Origin: an uncultured Acidobacteriota bacterium
GTDB lineage: Bacteria > Acidobacteriota > Vicinamibacteria > Fen-336
Length of the DNA: 64,000 bases
Assembly (NCBI GenBank): GCA_963847655.1
Contig: CAWKAS010000014.1
Coordinates: 29,584-93,583 of the forward strand
Reading direction: 5' to 3'
Positions 40,321-49,594 of the stretch are shown in pieces; the stretch's first letter is position 1; the number at the start of each line of letters is the position of its first letter. Under the pieces are notes generated by a model that worked only from the letters and a program-made list of their open reading frames with translations, was not told where the DNA came from and searched no databases. The translations under genes and the position numbers were made by a program.

Positions 40321-41917
40321 ATGGGCAGCGAGGGTCTCACTCGACGGGAGGTGCTCCAGCGGGGCACCGCGCTGGCGCTCCCCGGCGTCCTCGCCGGAAG
40401 GACCGTGGGCGGCGGGGGGCCGGGCCCGGTGGCGGGAGCGCCGGCGGGTGGTCTGCAGCCCGGACCCGGCATCTACGAGTCGATCGGCGTCCGTCCGCTG
40501 ATCAACGCCCGGGGAACGTACACGATCCTCTCCGGATCGCTCATGCTGCCCGAGGTCCGAGAGGCCATGGTGGCCGCGGCCCAGCACTACGTCCACCTCG
40601 ACGAGCTGGCCGAGGGCATCGGCAAGCGCCTCGCCGAGCTGACCGGGGCAGAGTGGGGGATCGTCACCTCGGGGTGCGCGGCGGCGCTCACCCACGCCTC
40701 CGCCGCCTGCGTGGCCGGCGGGCAACCCCGACCTCCACGTGCGCCTGCCCGACCTGCGGGGCTTCCCTCGCGACGAGGCGATCATCCCGAAGCCGTCGCG
40801 CAACGTCTACGACGCGGCGGTGCGCGCGGTGGGCCTGCGGGTGCTCGAGGTGGAGACGGCGGAGGAGCTGGAGGCGGCCTTCGGCCCTCGCACCGCGATG
40901 GTCTACGTCTTCGCCGGGCCCTGGGCCGACGAGGGACCGCTCCGCACCACCGCCGTCGCCGAACGGGCACGCGCCCGGGGTGTCCCGGTTCTCGTCGACG
41001 CCGCCGCGGAGATCCTCACCGTCCCCAACGTCCACCTCGAGGCGGGGGCCGACCTGGTGGGCTACAGCGGCGGGAAGTGCCTGCGCGGCCCGCAGACCGC
41101 GGGCCTCCTCATCGGTCGGCAAGACCTGGTCCGGGCGGCCTGGGTCCAGTCCGCGCCCCACCACGGCTTCGGCCGATCGATGAAGGTGGGGAAGGAAGAG
41201 GCCATGGGCATGCTCATGGCCGTCGAGATGTGGATGAAACGCGACCACGAGGCCGAGTGGGTCCGGTGGACGTCGTGGCTGGAGACCATCGCCGCCCGCG
41301 TCGCCACCGTCGACGGGGTCACCACCTCGGTCGTGGAGCCCGTCGGCCTGTCCAACCGCACGCCCACCCTCGCGGTGAGATGGGATGGGGATCGGCTTGG
41401 GGTGACCGGCCGGGAGGTGTCGGAGCGCCTCTTCGGCGGCGATCCACGCGTGGCGCTGGCTCCGGTGGACGGTGGCGGAGGAGGGGAGACCGGTCTCACG
41501 ATCAACCCCTACATGATGTCGGCGGGTGAAGACCGGATGGTGGCCGACGCCCTCCACGCCGTTCTCTCGAACCCGCCCCCGCGCGGGGAGGGTCCCGCGG
41601 TCCCGCCGGAGACGGACCTCACCGGGGAGTGGGAGGTGGAGATCGCGTACGCCGCGGGCCGCTCGACCCACCGGCTGTTCCTGCGCCAGAGGGGGGAGGT
41701 CCTCGACGGCTCCCACCGGGGCGACTTCGTCGAGAGGCCGTTGAGGGGACGCATCGAAGGCACCGCGGTCGAGATCCGCAGCGTGGTGACCGAGAAGGAG
41801 GACGGCAACGCGCTCTCCTACACCTTCACCGGAGAGGTCGACGGCGACGCGATGGCCGGGCCCCTCGACCTCGGCGAGTACCTCCAGGCCCGCTGGACCG
41901 CCCGGAGGAGAGCATGA
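40321..41917 (+). pseudogene. SelA-like PLP-dependent enzyme family protein with Tat signal (one frameshift)
   Basis: Tat motif RREVLQRGTALALPGVLA. The SelA-like core carries YSGGKCLRGPQTAGLLIG (Lys-PLP site). An extra G in the GGG run near 40722 shifts the frame 1->2. Confidence 0.65.
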
Positions 41918-43212
41918 GCAGTGGCCCTCTCGCTGCCCTTTCCCTTCTTGCCATGATGAGCACATCCGCCGTCTCCGCGTCCGCCGCCGAGCACCGCTAC
42001 GACCTCCTCCTCAAGGGAGGCCACGTCGTCGACTCCCGAAACGACCTGAGCGCCGTCCGCGACGTGGCCGTCGTCGACGGGAGGGTTGCGGCGGTGGAGG
42101 CGACGATCGACCGCGCGGAGGCCCTCAAGGTCGTGGACGTCTCCGGCCTCCACGTGGTCCCCGGTCTCGTCGACATCCACACCCACGTCTATGCCGGCAC
42201 CGGGGAGAAGGGCTCGTACGCCGGCGACAACAGCGTCTATCCGGACGGTCACGCCCTCCGGGTGGGGGTCACCACCGTCGTCGACGCCGGCGGCGCCGGC
42301 TGGCGCAACTTCGAGGACTTCAAGGACCGGGTCATCGACCGCTCGAAGACCCGCGTCCTGGCCTTCCTGAACATCGTGGGGGCGGGCATGCGGGGCCTCG
42401 AGCACGAGCAGGACCTGGCCGACATGGAGCCCGGCCCCGCGGCGGAGATGGCCCGGAAGCACGGGGAGACGATCGTCGGCATCAAGACCGCCCACTACGG
42501 GGGCCGCGACTGGGGCCCGGTCGAGCGTGCGGTGGAGGCGGGCTCCAGTGCCGACATCCCGGTCATGGTGGACTTTGGCGACGACTTCCCCGAGCGCCCC
42601 CTGGCCGAGCTCCTCACCGAGAAGCTCCGACCGGGCGACATCTACACCCACGTGTACTCCGGGCTCCGGGGCGAGCTGGGACCCGACGGCCACGTCAACC
42701 CCGGCCTCGTCGAGGGGCGGAAGCGTGGTGTCATCTTCGACGTGGGGCACGGCGGGGGCAGCTTCTTCTGGCGGGTGGCGGTCCCCATGGTGAAAGACGG
42801 CTTCTGGCCCGACAGCATCTCCACCGACCTCCACGTCAACTCCATGAACTCGGGCATGAAGGATCAGCTCAACGTCATGAGCAAGTTCCTCGCGCTGGGG
42901 ATGACGCTCGACGAGGTCATCGCCCGCTCGACCTGGAACCCGGCCCGCGAGATCGGGCACGAGGAGCTGGGCCACCTCTCGGTGGGGGCCCCGGCCGACG
43001 TGGCCGTGCTGCGGCTGGAGACGGGACGGTTCGGCTTCATCGACGCCTACGGCGCGCGCCTGGACGGGACCCGTAAGCTCGTGTGCGAGCTGACCCTGCG
43101 GGACGGGAGGGTGGCCTACGACCTCAACGGAATCAGCCGGGAGGCCTGGGACAGCCTCCCTCCGGACTACAAGATGACCGGTGATCCCCGCTGGGACGCC
43201 ATCTGGAGGTGA
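41914..43212 (+). CDS. Amidohydrolase family metallo-hydrolase (secreted)
   Basis: Its ATG overlaps the upstream stop (ATGA). It has a signal peptide and the metal-binding VDIHTHVY (HxH) motif plus later His/Asp ligands. Confidence 0.8.
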   Translation: MSSGPLAALSLLAMMSTSAVSASAAEHRYDLLLKGGHVVDSRNDLSAVRDVAVVDGRVAAVEATIDRAEALKVVDVSGLHVVPGLVDIHTHVYAGTGEKGSYAGDNSVYPDGHALRVGVTTVVDAGGAGWRNFEDFKDRVIDRSKTRVLAFLNIVGAGMRGLEHEQDLADMEPGPAAEMARKHGETIVGIKTAHYGGRDWGPVERAVEAGSSADIPVMVDFGDDFPERPLAELLTEKLRPGDIYTHVYSGLRGELGPDGHVNPGLVEGRKRGVIFDVGHGGGSFFWRVAVPMVKDGFWPDSISTDLHVNSMNSGMKDQLNVMSKFLALGMTLDEVIARSTWNPAREIGHEELGHLSVGAPADVAVLRLETGRFGFIDAYGARLDGTRKLVCELTLRDGRVAYDLNGISREAWDSLPPDYKMTGDPRWDAIWR

Positions 43213-43703
43213 CGATGACGAAGCCGAATCGGAGAGGGTTTCTGACCAGTGCCCCGGCGGCGGCGGCGGCGCTGGCGGCCACCGCGGCCGGCTCCCCGGC
43301 GGCGGCCCGGGAGATCAAGTCGACGCCGCCCCAGCCCGTCACCAAGAAGGTGCACTGGCCGGGACGGGAGGCCCCGAAGGAGACGCCGCTCTTCAGCCCC
43401 GTGGTGACCTGGGGGGGCCTGGTCTTCCTCTCCGGCATCGGGGCCCACTTCGAGGGCGACGTCAAGGCGCACACCGCCCACGTCCTCGACGAGATGAAGA
43501 AGAACCTCGAGGCCGTCGGCTCCTCCATGGAGAAGGTTCTCAAGGTCAACGTCTACCTGAACGACCTGAAGGACTACCAGGCGATGAACGAGGTCTTCCG
43601 GGGCCGCTTCGGCGACCAGCCGGGGGTGCGGACCACCATCGCCGCCGCCGGTGGGATCCCCGGGGACTCGCTCGTCGAGATCGACTGCATCGCGCACGTC
43701 TGA
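43209..43703 (+). CDS. RidA/YjgF family protein with Tat signal
   Basis: GTG at 43209 (ATG at 43215). It has the Tat motif RRGFLTSAPAAAAALAA and the RidA core (VVTWGGLVFLSG...KVNVYLND). Confidence 0.8.
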   Translation: MTMTKPNRRGFLTSAPAAAAALAATAAGSPAAAREIKSTPPQPVTKKVHWPGREAPKETPLFSPVVTWGGLVFLSGIGAHFEGDVKAHTAHVLDEMKKNLEAVGSSMEKVLKVNVYLNDLKDYQAMNEVFRGRFGDQPGVRTTIAAAGGIPGDSLVEIDCIAHV

Positions 43704-43871
43704 GCCACCGGGTCGGGCCGGTAGCGTGGGGCGCTCGCGGCCCGCGAGGCGACTCGACGCTTCGACCGTTCGCGGGCGGGGCGTCTGGAACCGTTGGGTC
43801 GCCAGTTGAAATGCCACGCCGATGCTATTCATATGGTGTCTTCAGAACCACTCCAATGGTATTCTAATGGT

Positions 43872-44132
43872 ATGAAGACAACCATCGACAAGGCCGGACG
43901 CGTCGTGCTTCCCGCCCCCGTCCGGAGACGCGCTGGCTTGACGGCGGGGGCGGAGCTGGACGTACAGGTCGACGACGAGGGCTCGGTCCGCCTGGTGAGG
44001 ACGGTGCCCGGACCCCGTCTCGTGCGCAAGGGGGGCCGCCTCGTGGCGAAGCCCAGGGTGGCGACGAGGAAGCTGCCCGAGGTCGACGTGGCGGCGCTGG
44101 TGGACGAGGAGCGCAGCCGGTGGCCGTGGTGA
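43872..44132 (+). CDS. vapB: AbrB/MazE-type antitoxin (VapB-like)
   Basis: 86 aa; MKTTIDKAGRVVLPAPVRRRAGL is a looped-hinge SpoVT/AbrB motif. An AT-rich promoter with a TTGAAA hexamer lies upstream. Confidence 0.75.
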   Translation: MKTTIDKAGRVVLPAPVRRRAGLTAGAELDVQVDDEGSVRLVRTVPGPRLVRKGGRLVAKPRVATRKLPEVDVAALVDEERSRWPW

Positions 44133-44608
44133 AGGACGTCTTCTTCGACACCAGCGTGCTGCTGGCCGGGCTCGTCGATCTCGGGGCTCCCTCGAGAGAC
44201 GCGCTGCCGCTGCTCGACGCGGTGGCGAGGGGCCGGATCCGGAGCCCCCGGACCGCATGGCACTGCTGTCTCGAGCTGTACTCCGTGGCTACCCGGCTGC
44301 CCGAGGAGTTCCGCCTGACTCCGACCGACGCCTTGACCCTGGTCGAGGCGGAGGTCCTCGAGCGGTTCGAGGTGCACGACCTCCCGACGAGGTCCCGGAG
44401 CGGCTTCCTGAAGCTGTGCGCCCGGGAGGGGGTGCGCGGTGGACGCCTCTACGATGCCCACATCGCCGAGATCGCGCGGTCGGCGAGGGCGTCCCTGGTC
44501 GTGACGGAGAACCAGCGGGACTTCGCGGTCCTCGAGCGTCACGGCATCCCGGTCCTCGGGGCTGCGGGCCTGCGGGCACGGCTCCGCGAGCGCCGCCGTC
44601 GAGCGTAG
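44120..44608 (+). CDS. vapC: PIN-domain toxin VapC
   Basis: It overlaps vapB by 13 nt. It has the PIN motifs VFFDTSVLL (Asp) and a distal acidic residue. Confidence 0.8.
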   Translation: MAVVKDVFFDTSVLLAGLVDLGAPSRDALPLLDAVARGRIRSPRTAWHCCLELYSVATRLPEEFRLTPTDALTLVEAEVLERFEVHDLPTRSRSGFLKLCAREGVRGGRLYDAHIAEIARSARASLVVTENQRDFAVLERHGIPVLGAAGLRARLRERRRRA

Positions 44609-44655
44609 CCCGGCGGACCCGGAAAGGCGGCGCCGCGGGTTATGCTTCGACCGCG

Positions 44656-46285
44656 ATGGGCCAGACGCGGGTCGACCTGCGGCACCTGCTCGAGGACCTG
44701 CGCGACGCCTACCCGGGCGAGATCGAGGAGACGATCCTCTCCGAGGTCGTCGCCAACGCGCTGGACTCGGGGGCCACCAGCGTCCGGGTGCTGGCCGACT
44801 CCGGGGAGCGCACTCTCGTCGTGGTGGACGACGGCTCCGGCATGGGGCGCCGGCAGCTGGCCCGCTACCACGACCTCGCGTCGACCACCAAGACGCGGGG
44901 CGAGGGCATCGGGTTCGCCGGCGTCGGCATCAAGCTCGGCCTCCTGATCGCCGAGGCCGTCCTCACCGAGACCCGGCGCGGGCTCCGTCCACGTCGCCAC
45001 CCGCTGGCAACTGGCCTCGCGCCAGAAGGCGCCCTGGCGGTGGGTGCCACCCCCGGGATGGGTCTCGGAGCGGGGAACCGCGGTGGGCCTCCACCTCCGC
45101 AACCCCCTGTCGCCGCTTCTCGATCCCGGCTACCTCGAGGCGACGCTGCGGCTGCACTACGAGCCGTTCTTCGATCCCGCCCTCGACCAGATACTCGCTC
45201 CTCACTACCCGGACGGCGTGCGCTTCGCGGTCAACGGCCGCCCCCTGGAGCGGACCGGCCCGGGTTCGCACGGGGAACGGGCGCCCCTCGTCGTGAAGCT
45301 GCCGCGCAAGCGCAAGGCGTCGGCGGTGGGTTTCCTGGAGCGGGCGACGATGCCGCTGCCCGAGGACCTTCAGGGCATCGCGGTGAGCACGCTCGGCAAG
45401 GTGATCCGGAGGGGCTGGGAGTGGGCCGGCCTGAGCCCGAGCTCGCCGGAGATCATGGGAGGGCTCATCGAGGCCCCGGGCCTCGCCGCGGCGCTCACCT
45501 TGAACAAGGGCGACTTCGTCCGGGCCGGGCGCCGGGGCGTCACCTACCTGGCCTACCGGAAGGCGATCCAGTCCGCGGTGCAGGCCCAGCTCGCGGCGTG
45601 GGGCGAGGCCCGCGAGCGGGAGGACCGGGCCCGCCGTCGGGCCACGCGCCCCATCGAGCGCGACCTCGAGAGCGTCCTCCTCGACCTCGCGGACGAGTTC
45701 CCGGCGCTGGGCGCTCTCGTCGAGCGGCGGGCCGGGGGCCAGCGGCGGCTGCCCACCGGGGAGGACGACCAGGGGGAGGGCACCCTCGGCCGCGAGCCGC
45801 AGGAGGCGGCGCCGGCCGCGCAGCAGGAAGAGACCGGGCTGGCCGCCGCCAGCGAGGCGGCCGCAGAGGCGGGGGAAGAGGGGGAGTCGTCGCCCGGGGA
45901 GGCGGGGCCAACGGCTGGCGGCCTCGCCCCCGTCGCCACGGGGACGCTGCCCCCGCTGGCCTCGGGCGCTGGAGGGCCGAGGCGACCCACCCGCTACGGC
46001 CTCGGCATCGAGTTCGAGGAACGACCCGACTCACCCGACCTGGGCCGGCTCGTGGAGTCGACCGTCCTCGTCAACAGCGCCCACCCCGCCTATCACCGCG
46101 CCGTGGCCTCGCGGTCCGAGGGCTACCACGCGGCCCTCGCGGTGGGGATGGCCCTCGCCGCGGTGGCCGTCGAGCCCGCGAGGGCGCAGACCTTCCTGTC
46201 GACCTTCCTCGCTCGCTGGGGCGAGGCCCTGGGCCGCGACCGTCGCCGAAGGACGAGCCGACCCCGCCGCGGCCGCGGAAGCTGA
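44656..46285 (+). pseudogene. GHKL-superfamily ATPase (HATPase_c_3 / MORC-Hsp90-like ATP-binding protein), one frameshift
   Basis: N-terminal Bergerat fold (EVVANALDSGAT...VVDDGSGMG...GEGIGFAGVGIK). The frame shifts at the GGG run near 44980. It has an acidic low-complexity linker and a conserved C-terminal domain. It starts 48 nt after vapC on the same strand. Confidence 0.6.
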
Positions 46286-46290
46286 CGGCG

Positions 46291-46965
46291 TCAGGGGCCG
46301 ACGCGGCGGACGACGGACCCGCCAGAGACGTCCGTCACCAGGACGGGGTCGCCGAAGTACTCCAGGCTCGAGCCCCCGCTGGCCGTCGCCACCAGGGAGT
46401 CGCTCACGCGGAGCAGGGCCTGGGACGCCCCGGCGAGCGTTGCCGTCACCACTCGACTGTGCAGGTCGGGGGCCTCGAGTCGGCTGGCCCCGGAGAGCAG
46501 GGTGAAGTGGACGTCCGCCGCCCCGCTGGCCTCGAGCGACGAGGCACCCGAGAGGATGGAGGCGAGCTCGGGCGTGTCGAGGCCCCGGGCCTCCACGCGG
46601 CTGGCGCCGGAAGCCTCGATCCCGGTGAGGTCGCGGACGGCCAGCCGGTACCGGACCTGTCGGGTCCCGCTGGCGCTCACCCCCGACGTGAACCCGAGCA
46701 CGAGCCGGTCTCCCACGACCTCGGCCTGGATGTGCGGCAGGAGGTTGTCCTCCGCCGTGATCTCGAGGGACTCGACCCCCGTCTGCTCGATGATCAGGTG
46801 TCCGGCGCCGCGCACCGAGACCGCGCTGAAGCCGGCCACCGGTCGCGATTCGGTCTGGAGGTCCCCGGATCCGGGGCTCGTCCCCGTCGGGTGATGGTGT
46901 TCGATGTCGCAGGCCCCCAGGAGGAGCGTCACCGCCCCCGCTGCCGTCAGCGCCACCCGTCTCAT
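46291..46965 (-). CDS. DUF2807 (head GIN domain) lipoprotein
   Basis: Start at MRRVALTAAGAVTLLLGAC (lipobox). It has repeated beta-helix-like segments (GDRLVLG, SGASRVE). Confidence 0.65.
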   Translation of the reverse strand: MRRVALTAAGAVTLLLGACDIEHHHPTGTSPGSGDLQTESRPVAGFSAVSVRGAGHLIIEQTGVESLEITAEDNLLPHIQAEVVGDRLVLGFTSGVSASGTRQVRYRLAVRDLTGIEASGASRVEARGLDTPELASILSGASSLEASGAADVHFTLLSGASRLEAPDLHSRVVTATLAGASQALLRVSDSLVATASGGSSLEYFGDPVLVTDVSGGSVVRRVGP

Positions 46966-47140
46966 GACCCCTTCTCCTGTCTTCCTCGCCCCCGCATCAC
47001 TGAGACACGCCCCGACAGGCCGAGTGTCACTCGCGGTCCCGGGTTTGCGGGCCGGCGCCGGCGCGCGGTCGGAGGAGTAGGCCTTGTATCCGCCGGCGTC
47101 GTGGGCGTCGGGCACCGACACCATGAGGGTGTGAATCGCC

Positions 47141-49483
47141 TCAGAACAGCGACAGCTGCCGCTCGGTCCCCGCCACCCGGGCGAAGTCGAGGCCCAGCAG
47201 GGCCAGGACCGGCTCCGCCACCGGGCGGACCTGCTTCTCGACGTAGTGGACGTAGTCGAGGGGGCTCCTGCGGTCGTCGGCGGGCTCCGGTCCGGCGGTG
47301 GTGATCACGTAGGCGACGCGCCCGCGCTTCTTGCCGGGGATCTGCCGCGCCGCGGCCACGTGGGGCGGGGTCGTGGCCGTGTACTCCTCGGGAGGCTTGC
47401 GCAGGGTCTTGCGGTAGACCAGCCGCTCGTCGTGGGCGCCGGCGCGCAGCTCGGTCACGACTCGACGCAGGTAGTCGGTCACCGGCTGGTCGGCGAAGAG
47501 GCGGGTGTACAGCTCGCGCTGCACCTCGCGGGCGAGGTCCGTCCAGTCGCCGCGCACCGCCTCCATCCCGGTGAAGACCACGCGCGGACCGCGGGGCCCT
47601 TCCGCGAGCCCGGCGTAGCGCTTGCGGGCCCCGGCGGTGCCGTGGCGGAGGGCGGGCAGACACAGCTTCAGGTAGAGACGCTCGAACTGGAGCTCGAGAC
47701 GGCTCTCCACCCTCCAGCGACGACGGACGTGGGCGGCGAGGTCCCGGGTCAGCGCGTCGGCGAGCCTGGCCCCGAAGTCCCGGGCGTGTCCGGGCGAGCG
47801 TGCCCCCGACTCGACGAAGAGGCTGTCCGTGTCCCCGTAGAGGACCCGGTGGCCTTCCGTCTCGATCCGCTCCTTGCACCACAGCAGCACCTCGCGGCCG
47901 AAGCTGGTGATTGCGTTGGCGAGGCGCGGGTCGTGGAACCGGCAGGCCGGCGTCCCCAGAACCCCGTAGAACGAGTTCATCAGGATCTTCATGGCGTGGC
48001 TCTTCACCGTGTCCCCGGCGCGCCGGGCCTCCTCGCGGCGGGGCATGATCTCGTCGAGCATCTCGGTGAGGATCCCGGTGCGGCGGGCGAAGGCCGCTCC
48101 GTTCGGCGCGACGATCGGATCCTCGTCCGCATCGCCGGGAGCAGTGTCCGGATGGACCAGGTTCAGGGGATCGATCTGGAAGGTCCGGATGAGGCTCGGG
48201 TAGAGGCTCTTGAAGTCGAGGACCACCACGTTCGCGTAGAGCCCGGGGACGGGCTCGAGGACGTGCCCGCCGCCCTGCGGCTCCTCCGCCGTCGGCCCCG
48301 AGCCGACGCTCGGGGCCACGATCCCGCGTCGGCCGAGCTCCGAGAGGTAGAGGAAGTCGAAGGCGGCGATCGAGGAGGACACCCGGTCGAGGGGCAGGCC
48401 GGTGAGCCGGCTCCGCTCGACCGCCAGGTCCACCAGCTGCAGCTTCTGGAGGATCTCGAGGACCAGGCGTGCGTCGGTGCGGTTGTACTCGACGAGGCGC
48501 TCCCGGTCCTCCTCGAACAGGCGGAGGATCTCGTCGGCCCGCCCGTGGCCGGTCAGGGTCTTGCCCTCGCCGAGGACCGCGCGGGCCACCGCGTCGAGGC
48601 TGTAGTCCTCCATCCGCACGAAGGCGCCGCGCAGGAGGGCGAGCCCGTCGAGGACCACCCGGCCGGGGACCGTGGCCTCCCGCAGCCCGCGGGACGAGCC
48701 CGGGGCGCGGAGCCTCACGCCCCCGGGTCCGCGGCCGATCTCGAGGGGAACACCCCACCGCCCCCCGATCCTCTGGAGAACCGCGAGGTCGAAGTCGACC
48801 ACGTTCCAGCCGGTGAGGACGTCGGGGTCGATCTCCCGCACCCGGGAGCAGAAGGCCGCCAGGATCTCCCTCTCGGTGGCGCAGGCCCGTGCTCCCTCGG
48901 GGCAGCTTCGGCCGGGCGGCGTCAGGAGCAGCACCTCGGAGACGCCGCCGCCGTGGAGCGCGATCGAGAGCAGACGCCGCGCCCGCGGGTCGGTCTCGAT
49001 GTCGAAGGAGAGCACGTCCAGGGACGGCGTCCAGTCGGCCGGGGCGATCTCCGGGTCCTCGAAGACGACACCCTGGCCGGGGACGGCGTGGCCCGCGCCC
49101 CGGATCTGGAGCGAGCCGCGGATTCCCCGGTCGATGAGGGGGCGCATGGCGAAGCGCACGTCGGCCTCGTGGGTGCGGATCCCCGCCCGCGACAGACGCT
49201 CGCGGAGCGGGGGAGCGTCGGAGGGCGTGGGGACCTCGACGCGGACGACGGGCCGGCCGGAGAGGGTCGTCCGCTCGGCGGGACGCTGGCTTCGGGCTCC
49301 GAGCTCCCGCGCGCGGGAGGCGTCGTCGGCCTCGACGTAGAAGTGCGGGACCTCACGCGTGTCCCGGACCAGGAAGGGACGGCGGTCCTCGAGTCGCCCG
49401 AAGAGGTGCAGCACCGGTCGCCCCGACTCGACCCGGTAGGTCGGCTGGAGGATGAAGCCGCGGAGGGGGGTGGTCTCGGCCAT
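47141..49483 (-). CDS. polB: DNA polymerase II (family B DNA polymerase)
   Basis: 780 aa; exonuclease motifs (FDIETD) and polymerase motifs (SLYPSLI, K...YG.LG, YGDTDS). Intact. Confidence 0.9.
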   Translation of the reverse strand: MAETTPLRGFILQPTYRVESGRPVLHLFGRLEDRRPFLVRDTREVPHFYVEADDASRARELGARSQRPAERTTLSGRPVVRVEVPTPSDAPPLRERLSRAGIRTHEADVRFAMRPLIDRGIRGSLQIRGAGHAVPGQGVVFEDPEIAPADWTPSLDVLSFDIETDPRARRLLSIALHGGGVSEVLLLTPPGRSCPEGARACATEREILAAFCSRVREIDPDVLTGWNVVDFDLAVLQRIGGRWGVPLEIGRGPGGVRLRAPGSSRGLREATVPGRVVLDGLALLRGAFVRMEDYSLDAVARAVLGEGKTLTGHGRADEILRLFEEDRERLVEYNRTDARLVLEILQKLQLVDLAVERSRLTGLPLDRVSSSIAAFDFLYLSELGRRGIVAPSVGSGPTAEEPQGGGHVLEPVPGLYANVVVLDFKSLYPSLIRTFQIDPLNLVHPDTAPGDADEDPIVAPNGAAFARRTGILTEMLDEIMPRREEARRAGDTVKSHAMKILMNSFYGVLGTPACRFHDPRLANAITSFGREVLLWCKERIETEGHRVLYGDTDSLFVESGARSPGHARDFGARLADALTRDLAAHVRRRWRVESRLELQFERLYLKLCLPALRHGTAGARKRYAGLAEGPRGPRVVFTGMEAVRGDWTDLAREVQRELYTRLFADQPVTDYLRRVVTELRAGAHDERLVYRKTLRKPPEEYTATTPPHVAAARQIPGKKRGRVAYVITTAGPEPADDRRSPLDYVHYVEKQVRPVAEPVLALLGLDFARVAGTERQLSLF

Positions 49484-49594
49484 GGTCGGGGGTGACCCCG
49501 ACCAGTCTAGCCCCACCGCCGTGCCGGACCGGCGCAATTGTCAGCGGTGCCGCGCATCGCTTAGGCTGCGCGGGGCCTCGCGGGGGGGGAGATC

